In this document: piece after piece, positions 30,772 through 39,372 of the stretch | How positions within the stretch are numbered: the stretch's first letter is position 1 | How the letters are laid out: every line of letters starts with the position of its first letter | DNA from: an uncultured Actinomycetota bacterium | Lineage (GTDB): Bacteria > Actinomycetota > Actinomycetes > JAHEKZ01 | Length of the DNA: 64,000 nt | Direction of reading: 5' to 3' | NCBI GenBank assembly: GCA_963718235.1 | Contig: CAVQYR010000001.1 | Span: forward strand, 1,152,001-1,216,000 | Program-made: the position numbers and the translations under genes | Notes under the pieces: generated by a model | Databases searched by the model: none | The model's input: only the letters and a program-made list of their open reading frames with translations | What the model was told of the DNA's origin: nothing

Positions 30772-31059
30772 TCAGGCGTCGGCCTGGATCTCCACGACGC
30801 GCAGCCCCGCCCGCTCGATCCCAACCTCCGCCTGAGCCGGCGCGTTGGCGGTTACTGCCGCGAGGAACCCGCGTGCCTGCTCAAGGGTCTCGAAGACGAT
30901 GAACGTGACACTCACGTCCGGCTCGTCCACGTCGCCCGCCCAGAACCCCCGGACGAATCCTGGGTTCTGGCTCACACCCGCGACGAGCTTCGGCAGCAGC
31001 CCGGCCTGCTCCTCCCTCATCGAGTTGTCCATTCGCCACGTCCCGGCAACGGCAAACAT
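30772..31059 (-). CDS. Small hypothetical protein (dimeric alpha-beta barrel-like)
   Basis: PGFVRGFW; GGGAG RBS. Confidence 0.7.
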   Translation of the reverse strand: MFAVAGTWRMDNSMREEQAGLLPKLVAGVSQNPGFVRGFWAGDVDEPDVSVTFIVFETLEQARGFLAAVTANAPAQAEVGIERAGLRVVEIQADA

Positions 31060-31266
31060 CAGACTCCCCTCTCGCGATGACGCCAGCAGGACTTGCCATT
31101 CTGCCGTGAGCGCGTGAAGGCGCTAGTGCCTTCTCTTGTCCGATTCATGCGAGAACGGCACGTGACGCGCTACGTCCGCGCTGGTTGCAGGGCGGTTAGT
31201 CTGGCCGAACGAGCCAACTCGGCTCCGCAGTCGTCAACGATACGACGAGCCACCCCGGGAGCACTC

Positions 31267-31731
31267 ATGAGCAGCTTCGACGCCACCAACGGCACCCGTG
31301 GTGCACGGCAGCCCGGCGGCGCCCTTATGGCGTGGTTCAACAAGCGCATGGCCAAGCGGATCCGCGGTGGCGGCGGCAAGGCGCTGGGCCTCGATCCGCT
31401 GCTGCTCATCACCCTGGGGGCCAAGTCGGGCCAAACCCGCGAGACGCCCGTCGCCCGCTTCGCCGGCCCTGACGGCTCCTGGTACGTCGTCGCCTCGGCC
31501 AACGGCGCCGCACGCAACCCGGCCTGGTACTACAACGTCGCCGCCCACCCAGACCAGATCCGCATCGTGATCGACGGGGTCGAGACACCGGTGACGGCGC
31601 AACAACTCCACGGCGACGACCGCGCAGAGGCCTGGAAAGCGATCACACAGGCTCAGGCCCGGTTCGCCAAGTACGAGACCAAGACTGACCGAGACATCCC
31701 AGTCATCCAGCTCACCCCACGTTCGGCCTAG
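31267..31731 (+). CDS. Deazaflavin-dependent nitroreductase family (Ddn/DUF385)
   Basis: GAKSGQTRETP, VASANGAARNPAWYYN, TDRDIPV. Confidence 0.9.
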   Translation: MSSFDATNGTRGARQPGGALMAWFNKRMAKRIRGGGGKALGLDPLLLITLGAKSGQTRETPVARFAGPDGSWYVVASANGAARNPAWYYNVAAHPDQIRIVIDGVETPVTAQQLHGDDRAEAWKAITQAQARFAKYETKTDRDIPVIQLTPRSA

Positions 31732-31837
31732 ATCAGCCTCGTCCCCGAGTTCAACCGCCATGTCCCGCGAGCACCGCGTCAGAACGGCACATCGGGGCGG
31801 CTCGTAGCGGCAAGCGATCGGCGTATCTGCGACACGG

Positions 31838-32362
31838 CTACAGCGTCACCACTTCCTCCACCTCGCCCGTGGCCGTGTTGGTGATCCCGACGGACGCAAC
31901 GACGGAGTGGATCGGGTGATAGCCGAGCACGGCACCCATGGCGACCAGGACCTGCCGGGGGCCCAGCCGCTGCGTCAGCGTGCAATGCGGCACCCAGCGG
32001 CCCGGCCGGTAGTACTCCCACGGCTCCTGGGCGCCTTGCGCGAGGATCTCGTGAACCCGCTGGTGGAGTCTGAGGAGTCGCCCTTCAGTGGTCACCGCGA
32101 GGAATATGGCGCCCTCCTCCCCTGGGAAAGTGCCCAGGGTATGCAGGTCAAGGCGGATGGGCGCTTCCACGAGGACTGAGCGCAGGGCATCGCGGCTCAC
32201 GGCCGCGAGCGACTCCGCGATGCCTAGGGTGACGTGGGGTCGGTGCCTGCCGTGTGTCTGGCCAGCCAGGCTGGGGACACCGGCAGCGTCGATGCGAGCC
32301 CACAGCCGACGGACGTCGCGTTCCGCGGCCTCGTCGAGGAACATCTCAAGTGCCTGCGCCAT
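31838..32362 (-). CDS. 2H phosphoesterase (2'-5' RNA ligase family)
   Basis: Two HxT motifs: PHVTL and PHCTL. Confidence 0.88.
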   Translation of the reverse strand: MAQALEMFLDEAAERDVRRLWARIDAAGVPSLAGQTHGRHRPHVTLGIAESLAAVSRDALRSVLVEAPIRLDLHTLGTFPGEEGAIFLAVTTEGRLLRLHQRVHEILAQGAQEPWEYYRPGRWVPHCTLTQRLGPRQVLVAMGAVLGYHPIHSVVASVGITNTATGEVEEVVTL

Positions 32363-32461
32363 GCCTCCCCCTCACCCGAGTGATACTGCCGGATCGACAC
32401 CCAGCGAGACGATCGCGAACGGCACATCGCGGGCGGTCGATTGCGATCACCTGACTGACGG

Positions 32462-32998
32462 CTACTGCCCGGTGACACCGTCGATGGACTCGCGGAGCAG
32501 ATCAGCGTGGCCGTTGTGGCGCGCGTGCTCCTCGATGAGATGGCACAGGATCCATCGCAGCGAAACGCGCTGGCCATCCTCCTGCTCCTCGGAGAGGGCG
32601 GGCAGGCCATCAGGTCCCGCCAAGGCATCTGCCACCACCCCGTCCGACACCGCGACAGATTCCTCGAACCAGGCGAAGAGCTGCTCTGGCTCAGCCCCGG
32701 CCGCCGTGGCGAAGGACCAGCTGGGGTCCTCAGGGTCCATCTCCGCCAACCATGACGGTCGCGCGACCCCGCCCGCAAACGTCAGGTTGAGCCAGCCCGC
32801 CTCCACCACCGAAAGGTGCTTCAGCAGGCCACCCAGAGTCATCGTGGTTGGTGCCAGCGGAGTCGAGAGTTGGATCTTGGTGAGGCCTGAGCACTTCCAA
32901 CGCAACGTGTCGCGCTGGTAGTTGAGGAATCCCAACAGCGTGGCGGCCTCATCTTGTGCGACTGGAGGATCTACACGGTCATCAGCACCGAACATCAT
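32462..32998 (-). CDS. DinB/DUF664 family protein
   Basis: WKCSGL, GLLKHL..VE, HLIEEHARHNGHADLLRE. Confidence 0.9.
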   Translation of the reverse strand: MMFGADDRVDPPVAQDEAATLLGFLNYQRDTLRWKCSGLTKIQLSTPLAPTTMTLGGLLKHLSVVEAGWLNLTFAGGVARPSWLAEMDPEDPSWSFATAAGAEPEQLFAWFEESVAVSDGVVADALAGPDGLPALSEEQEDGQRVSLRWILCHLIEEHARHNGHADLLRESIDGVTGQ

Positions 32999-33122
32999 CG
33001 CGCGACCGTAGCAACGCCTTCGACGTTTGGCGAGGCACCGAGGAGGCGATCGCGAAGACCGGTTGGCTCGTCAGAAGACGATGCAGATCGGCACGTCGGA
33101 GCGGTTCTGGCATCCTGCCGTG

Positions 33123-33599
33123 ATGACCGTGGACGCTGTGACATGGCGCAACACCCGACCGAAGAAGCGCGTAGGCGCTGGTGTGCTCGTCCGTGACGAG
33201 AAGGGTCGAGTGCTGCTGGTCGAGCCGACCTACAAGGAGTCCTGGGAGATCCCTGGCGGGTCGGTGGAAGCCGACGAGTCACCGCGGACTACCTGCGCAC
33301 GCGAGGTCGAGGAAGAACTCGGACTCAGGCGCGGCGTCGGACGGCTGTTGTGCATGGAATGGCAAGGGCCGGCCCCCGATCGCAGCGAGTCCCTGATGTT
33401 CATCTACGACGGCGGCGTGGTCTCAGACCCCTCTGCCATCCGTCTCCCATCCGACGAACTGGCTTCGTTCAGGTTCGTCGACCCGGGCGAGTTGGACGCC
33501 TTGATGGTGGAGCGACTTGCGCGTCGGATTCGTGCCGCTCTCAGGGCGCTCGCCGATGACACTGTGGCTGAACTGGAAGACGGGGCACCCGGCGAGTAG
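33123..33599 (+). CDS. NUDIX hydrolase
   Basis: Nudix box GGSVEADESPRTTCAREVEEELG. Confidence 0.92.
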   Translation: MTVDAVTWRNTRPKKRVGAGVLVRDEKGRVLLVEPTYKESWEIPGGSVEADESPRTTCAREVEEELGLRRGVGRLLCMEWQGPAPDRSESLMFIYDGGVVSDPSAIRLPSDELASFRFVDPGELDALMVERLARRIRAALRALADDTVAELEDGAPGE

Positions 33600-33686
33600 A
33601 AGGTTCGTTCGCGCGACGTAGGCGAGAGCGAATGCCGGATCTTGTTGCACGAATGCGAACGAGAACGGCACTTCGGCGCGGCTGGC

Positions 33687-34295
33687 CTACGGCTTGGTCC
33701 ACTCCAACGAGTAGCGGTAGTACGCACGACGGCGCAGCCTGGCACCTGGGAGCGGGAGCCGGGCCTGGTCGCGAATGTCTGTCAGCGTTTCTGATGGCTC
33801 GACGGTTGGCACGTCGTCGGGCCACTGCTCGTGGCGCAGCGCTCCGACAACGCGAGCCCGGGGTATCGAGGCCACGGCGAACGCGAAGTCCGCCTTCGAC
33901 GCGATCCGCGTGAGACCGAGGACGTAGAGCCGGCCACCGGGGCGAAGCAGTCGCACGCATCGACGAAGTGCGGCGCTGGTGTCCATGTGGTGGAGGGTCG
34001 CAACGACAGCGACGAAGCCGAAGGACGACTCGTCGAGGCTGGCCTCGTCGAACGTGCACTCGACGAGGTTCACGTTGGTCAGGTTAGCGCAGCGTCGCCG
34101 GGCCCGCTCAGCTGCTTGCGGGTCCGGCTCGATCCCGACGACGTGCCGTCCTGTGCGAGCCATGCGCGACAACAGCAGTCCATCGCCGCACCCGATGTCC
34201 AGCACATCCCCGACCGTCTCGTCGCACCGACGAAGGATCTCTACGTGGAAGGCCGTGTTGTGGTTCCAGTACGCATCAGGCGACTCGGGAACCAC
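33687..34295 (-). CDS. Class I SAM-dependent methyltransferase
   Basis: VLDIGCGDG, LHHM, LRPGG. Confidence 0.9.
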   Translation of the reverse strand: MVPESPDAYWNHNTAFHVEILRRCDETVGDVLDIGCGDGLLLSRMARTGRHVVGIEPDPQAAERARRRCANLTNVNLVECTFDEASLDESSFGFVAVVATLHHMDTSAALRRCVRLLRPGGRLYVLGLTRIASKADFAFAVASIPRARVVGALRHEQWPDDVPTVEPSETLTDIRDQARLPLPGARLRRRAYYRYSLEWTKP

Positions 34296-34324
34296 CCGAG
34301 CGATACTGCCGGGTCTCGCGCCTT

Positions 34325-34418
34325 GGGTTCAAGGAAGTGACGCAACACCCTGAGTTGTAGGGGTGTTGGATTGATGGGTCGTCCGAAGTTTCCGAAGCAG
34401 TTCGAGCGGTCGTTCTGG
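34325..34418 (+). mobile_element. Possible IS30-family left-end remnant
   Basis: GGTTCAA-N8-CGCAACAC resembles actinobacterial IS30 termini as I recall them; followed by ATG 34374 reading MGRPKFPKQFERSFW. Confidence 0.45.
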
Positions 34419-34511
34419 GCGAGCGAGAACGGCACATCCGTGCCGTGAATCGGTTGGGTAGGGCTGCCCGTAGGCCCGTTGGGCCGTCGGTCACCACAGG
34501 GTGAGTGAGGA

Positions 34512-34940
34512 TCAAGTGTTGTTCACGATGCGTTGCCCGAGCGAGCAGTCGGAGGACACTCCGCCGTAGTCGAGACAGACGCGAGGGCGGACATCCAGGA
34601 TCTTGCGATGACGGCGGTAGATGTTGTAGTAGGAGACGTCGCCGTGGTCGCCACCCGCGCAGCCCTCGCCGTTGTTGAGCCACTCCGTCGAACCGTGGGA
34701 GCCATTGGCGAAGTCGATCACGAAGTTGCCCTTGACTCCCTTTCCGTCACACGACAGGTCGACCACGTCGACCTTCACTTGGAACTTCGAAGCGCCGTCG
34801 AAACCGACGGACCCCGACATCGTTCCATGACCGTTGCCGGTTTGGATCATGAAGTCTTGCCAGATGCCAGCCTGGGCTGTTGAGGGAGCGAGAAGACCGC
34901 CGACAAGCCCAACCGCGATCACATACCTTCGCAACCTCAT
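34512..34940 (-). CDS. Small secreted Cys-containing hypothetical protein
   Basis: Signal peptide ending AQA; four cysteines in the mature part. Confidence 0.7.
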   Translation of the reverse strand: MRLRRYVIAVGLVGGLLAPSTAQAGIWQDFMIQTGNGHGTMSGSVGFDGASKFQVKVDVVDLSCDGKGVKGNFVIDFANGSHGSTEWLNNGEGCAGGDHGDVSYYNIYRRHRKILDVRPRVCLDYGGVSSDCSLGQRIVNNT

Positions 34941-34979
34941 CTGGACACCACCGCCAAGAGGACCGGTACCGTGCGTCCA

Positions 34980-35180
34980 ATCGTAGTCCGACGCCTCGCC
35001 GAATGTCGGCGATCTCATCCCAGGCCACCCACCGCCGCGGAGCGGTGGGCGGCTGACCTCGGCATCCCCGCCTACGCCATCGACGAGCAGACGGCCATCA
35101 AGGTCGTCGACGGCTCCGTCGAGGTGATCTCCGAGGGGCAGTGGACACCGTTCGGGGTCACGGCCGCCGAGCAGTCGTGA
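34980..35180 (+). pseudogene. C-terminal fragment of peptidase E (S51)-like gene
   Basis: AERWAA...PAYAIDEQTAIKVVDGSVEVISEGQW. Confidence 0.65.
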
Positions 35181-35347
35181 AGGCGCGCCGTGGCACAAGA
35201 CCCGGCGGCAAGCGGGATCCTCACTCCGGACGTCGCTGTACAGGTCGTCGCATCAGTCCGAGCCCAAGCGGACGTGCCGATCGGCTCGCCCCGCGTGGCG
35301 TCGGCAAGCTCGTTGCCCCGCGACATTCAGCCTCCTACCCTGACCGG

Positions 35348-35944
35348 GTGACGGAAGCGGACCTGAAGTCTGTCCTCGTCGGTCGTCTCGACCGGCTCAA
35401 CCAGGCTGTCCAGCACAAGCTCGAGGGTCTGTCGGAGTACGACTTGCGCCGACCGATGACCCCGACCGCGACCAACCTGCTCGGCGTCACGATGCATCTT
35501 GCCAGCCTGCAGTCGGAGTACTTCGGCAAGACCTTCGGCAACCCCTTCCCGCGAGAAGACGAGTTGTACTTCCTCACCGACGAGGACGCCGACCCGCAGG
35601 ACGACCTCTGGGTTCGCCCGGAGGCGACGTCGGAGTGGGTGGTCGGGCTCTATCGCGCCACCTGGGATCACGCCATGGAGACATTCGCGACGCTGGACCT
35701 GGACTCGCCGGGTCAGATTCCGACGAGTCCCTACGCGGAGGTCACACTCGGCGAGATGCTGGTGCACATGGTCGACGAGACCGCTCGCCACGTGGGACAC
35801 ATGGACATCGTGCGTGAGTTGATCGATGGTGCTGTCGGCAGGCACGCCGGCGACGGGAACATCATCGACGGCTATGACTGGGCTGCGTACCGGAGACGCG
35901 TGGAGGCCGGAGCCCGGGAGGCCGAGGAACGCGCCGAGTCCTGA
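35348..35944 (+). CDS. DinB/DUF664 family protein
   Basis: KLEGLSEYDLRRPMTPTATNLLG, ETARHVGHMDIVRELIDG. Confidence 0.9.
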   Translation: MTEADLKSVLVGRLDRLNQAVQHKLEGLSEYDLRRPMTPTATNLLGVTMHLASLQSEYFGKTFGNPFPREDELYFLTDEDADPQDDLWVRPEATSEWVVGLYRATWDHAMETFATLDLDSPGQIPTSPYAEVTLGEMLVHMVDETARHVGHMDIVRELIDGAVGRHAGDGNIIDGYDWAAYRRRVEAGAREAEERAES

Positions 35945-36059
35945 GTTCAGTGCGCCACTCGGCCTGAAGCATCACCGACCGATCCGAAGTGCCGTTCTCG
36001 TTCGCTTCCGTGCAACAAGATCCGGCAACGCGCTCGCCTGCGAAGGGCATGATGCAGGC

Positions 36060-36959
36060 GTGAAGATGCACGAGGGCGAACTCGACGTCAATGCTGAGTT
36101 GGTTCGACGGTTGGTTGCGGACCAGTTCCCGCAGTGGTCGGATCTGCCGATCGTTCACGTCGCACCTGCGGGCTCTGTGAATGTCATCTTTCGGGTGGGC
36201 GATTCATTGGCCGCCAGGTTTCCACTCCAAGCGGGCGACCCGGAAGAAGTCCGAGATTGGCTGATGCAAGAGGCTCGGGCAGCGTCTGAGTTCGCGGCCG
36301 TGTCGCCCGTTCGGTCGCCGAGGCCCATGGCGCTGGGAGAGCCAGGGCATGGCTATCCGCTGTCGTGGACGGTCCAGGACTGGCTACCCGGGCGCGACGC
36401 CATCGCGGAAGATCCTGCAGTGTCCGCGGCCTTCGCGCTGGAACTCGCGGATCTGCTGGCCTGTCTGCGTGAGGCAGACACGGGAGGGCGGCGTTTCTCG
36501 GGTGGAGGGCGCGGGGGCCATCTACCAGACCACGACGAGTGGATGGACCTGTGCTTCGCCAAGAGTGTGGGACTCGTCGACGTGGAGACATTGCGGGGTC
36601 TCTGGGAGAGCCTGCGGGTCCTTCCTGAGGTTGACGAGGACGTCATGTGTCACGGCGATCTGACTCCGCAGAACGTGCTGGTCGATGCGGGCCACTTGGT
36701 GGGAGTCCTCGACACTGGCGGCTTCGATGCGGCGGATCCGGCGCTCGATCTGGTGTCGGTCTGGCACCTGCTCGATTACGAGCGCCGGGAACTGGTCCGG
36801 CAACACTTGAAGTGCGGCGACGTTCAGTGGCATCGCGGGATGGCGTGGGCTCTCCAGCAAGCGATGGGTCTCGTCTGGTATTACGCCGAGACGAACCCGA
36901 TCATGAGTCGGTGGGGCCTACGGACTCTGGATCGCCTCGTGGGCGCGTCCGCCGCCTAA
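36060..36959 (+). CDS. Aminoglycoside phosphotransferase (APH) family protein
   Basis: LVADQFPQW, HGDLTPQNVLV, VLD.G, DPALDL. Confidence 0.9.
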   Translation: MKMHEGELDVNAELVRRLVADQFPQWSDLPIVHVAPAGSVNVIFRVGDSLAARFPLQAGDPEEVRDWLMQEARAASEFAAVSPVRSPRPMALGEPGHGYPLSWTVQDWLPGRDAIAEDPAVSAAFALELADLLACLREADTGGRRFSGGGRGGHLPDHDEWMDLCFAKSVGLVDVETLRGLWESLRVLPEVDEDVMCHGDLTPQNVLVDAGHLVGVLDTGGFDAADPALDLVSVWHLLDYERRELVRQHLKCGDVQWHRGMAWALQQAMGLVWYYAETNPIMSRWGLRTLDRLVGASAA

Positions 36960-37066
36960 GTGCCGTTCTGGCTCGGTCACTTTCGCAGGATCCGGCATCC
37001 GGTGCTGCACCTTGGCGCCGCTTGGTGCGCTACCCGCCGACGCGCTCGCCGCGCTATCGTTCGAGA

Positions 37067-37681
37067 GTGTCAGCCACGATCATCGGCGTCCCCATGGAAC
37101 ACCTCATCCCGGCTGGGATACTCGGCCCGGATCCCGTGACCGTGAACGTGCGAGCCTTCTTCGTGCCCCACGAAACCGGTCTTACGCTCGTGGACACCGG
37201 GCTGGACCCCGGTGGGGAGGCCCTCGATCTGGCATTGGCAGACGCCGGAGCGTTATGGACGGATGTCTCGGATGTCGTGATCACCCACGCCCATCCCGAT
37301 CACGTCGGGGCCCTCGACCATGTGCGCGTGGCAGCGCCCCAAGCCCGGATTCACTCCAACCCTGCCGAGGGGATGGCTGGGACGCTGCCCCTGTGGGACG
37401 GGGACACCGTGAACAGCCTGCGGGCGATAGCGACTCCGGGGCATACGGCAGGGCACCTGAGCTTGATCGATGAGAGCCAAGCGACGCTGCTGGTTGGGGA
37501 CTGTCTAGGCGTGGTCGACGGGCAGCTCGTGCGGGCCCCTGCGCAGTTCACCGCAGACGGCGAGCAGGCCGAGGCGTCACTCCATCGCCTGCTCAGCATG
37601 CGCGGGTCTCGAATGCTGTTCGCCCACGGCGAGGAGCTCTCTGAACCGTGGGCCGACCTTGAGGTCCTCCTCCCAGACTGA
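37067..37681 (+). CDS. MBL-fold metallo-hydrolase
   Basis: LVDTG, THAHPDHVG, TPGHTAGH, GD, HG. Confidence 0.9.
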   Translation: MSATIIGVPMEHLIPAGILGPDPVTVNVRAFFVPHETGLTLVDTGLDPGGEALDLALADAGALWTDVSDVVITHAHPDHVGALDHVRVAAPQARIHSNPAEGMAGTLPLWDGDTVNSLRAIATPGHTAGHLSLIDESQATLLVGDCLGVVDGQLVRAPAQFTADGEQAEASLHRLLSMRGSRMLFAHGEELSEPWADLEVLLPD

Positions 37682-37892
37682 TCAAATCGCGCTCCACGGC
37701 TGGGCACGATTCGGCGGAGTGCCGTACTCACGCGCTTCGGTGAGAACGAACCGGCGTCCGCGCTCGTCGGCTTGTGTGACCCCTGCCGGCACCCGCCGGC
37801 CACTGCTAGGGGTCAAACTGATGAATCTGTCCGCGCGCTCCGGCCGAGCGTGACCGCTGGGCGGATCTGTCACACGGGACCGGGAGGCCATC

Positions 37893-38303
37893 GTGGTAGC
37901 CGACGAGAATGTTGCAGCTGTGCGGGACTTCATCGAGCGGGCGTGGAACGGCGGTGACGAGTCGGTCTTCGAGGAGCACCTTTCTGTGGATTTCCCGCTT
38001 CCGGGAGGCCGAGACGGGTTCAAGCGAATGATCTTCAAGTACCGGCAGGCGTTCGCGGACTTCCACATGGAGGTGCACGACATGTTCGGTGCGGAGGACA
38101 AAGTCGTGACCGTGCTGACGATGCGCGGAACACATGTGGGCGAGTTCCTCGGCGTGGCTCCGACTGGCCGGAGCATGTCGATCTCCGGCATAGCCGTGGA
38201 CATCATGCGCGACGGCCAACGTGTCGGTGGTGGCGCGCAACTAGATCACCTCGGGTTACTCCAACAGCTCGGAGCAGTCAGCGGGGCGTGCTCGATGTTC
38301 TGA
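37893..38303 (+). CDS. SnoaL-like ester cyclase
   Basis: AFADFH...GTHVGEFLGVAPTGR...LLQQLG; GGAGG RBS. Confidence 0.88.
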   Translation: MVADENVAAVRDFIERAWNGGDESVFEEHLSVDFPLPGGRDGFKRMIFKYRQAFADFHMEVHDMFGAEDKVVTVLTMRGTHVGEFLGVAPTGRSMSISGIAVDIMRDGQRVGGGAQLDHLGLLQQLGAVSGACSMF

Positions 38304-38535
38304 CACAGTTCATAGCCGTGCCGTGTGACGGCAGCCGTGAACAGCGCAAGCCGAGTTCGCTCGAACCCGTCACGGCGACCACTGTTCGAGGCCATCTGCG
38401 ACCGGACAACCGACGTCACATGACCGCGCAGATGTGCTGTTATCCAGCGCGTCATGAAGTGCTGATCCGGCATTCGCGCTCGTCTCGCCGTGTAACCAGT
38501 TGGCCGGTTGACCGCTGGCCGATGTACTTGACCTC

Positions 38536-39372
38536 ATGCCGTGCAACGTCCTTGTTACCGGCCAGCGTGGACTGATCGGCCTGTACGTCGTAGCGGAGTT
38601 GGAACGTCAGGGGCACATTCCTGTGGGCTTTGATCTCCAGGACGGCCAGGACGTGCGCGACCGCACTGCGTTAGCGGCTTCGCTGTCAGGCTGCGACGCC
38701 GTGATCCACCTTGCCGCCGCTGATGACCCGCTACCGGCTGAGGTGATCGTGGACAGCATCGTGGTCGGAACCATGAACCTTCTGGATCTTGCGGTGGCCC
38801 AGGGGTGCCATCGGGTGGTCATTGCCTCGAGCGTGGACGCACTCGGGATCTTCATGAGCAAGGCACCTCCGGACTATCTGCCGATCGACGATGCGCATCC
38901 CGCCCGTCCGGGAACCCCATACGGGGCCGCAAAGCGGGCCGCCGAACTTCTGGCGGAACGGGTCGCCGCTTCCACTGACCTAGAGGTGATCTGCCTCCGA
39001 CCGCCCGGCGTCTGTGACGACGCAACGATGGCCAAGATTCGCGCCAATCGCGTCGAGCGTGCCTCCTATGAATGGGAACCGATCTGGGAGTACAGCGCCT
39101 GGATCCATGTCGAGGATCTCGCCCGCGCCCTTGTGGCTGCCTGCTTCTGCCCGCGCTCTCCCGGCTCGTTCGCCTGCGTGCTGGTGGCAGCCTCGGATGT
39201 CAACTCCGATGAGCACTCGGGTCGTGATCTCGCTGCCGTCGTCCATCCCACGGTGCCGTGGCGAGGAGGAGCCGAGTACCACACCGATCCCCGACGATCG
39301 CTCATCGACTCGACGAAGGCCGTCGAGATGCTGGGGTGGGCTTCGAGGATCCTGTGGACCGACCGAACCTAG
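38536..39372 (+). CDS. NAD-dependent epimerase/dehydratase
   Basis: VLVTGQRGLIG, VIHLAA, YGAAK. Confidence 0.9.
   Translation: MPCNVLVTGQRGLIGLYVVAELERQGHIPVGFDLQDGQDVRDRTALAASLSGCDAVIHLAAADDPLPAEVIVDSIVVGTMNLLDLAVAQGCHRVVIASSVDALGIFMSKAPPDYLPIDDAHPARPGTPYGAAKRAAELLAERVAASTDLEVICLRPPGVCDDATMAKIRANRVERASYEWEPIWEYSAWIHVEDLARALVAACFCPRSPGSFACVLVAASDVNSDEHSGRDLAAVVHPTVPWRGGAEYHTDPRRSLIDSTKAVEMLGWASRILWTDRT

Larger units (their letters stand above)
29427..34435 (-). repeat. Nine leftward-oriented intergenic sites (CGGCAC on + at 29461, 29997, 30748, 31156, 31785, 32420, 33089, 33666, 34430)
   Basis: One per intergenic gap; six read CCGAHGTGCCG on the minus strand; TGCCG-N28-CGGCA complete at 30715, 32387 and 33633. 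Confidence 0.85.
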
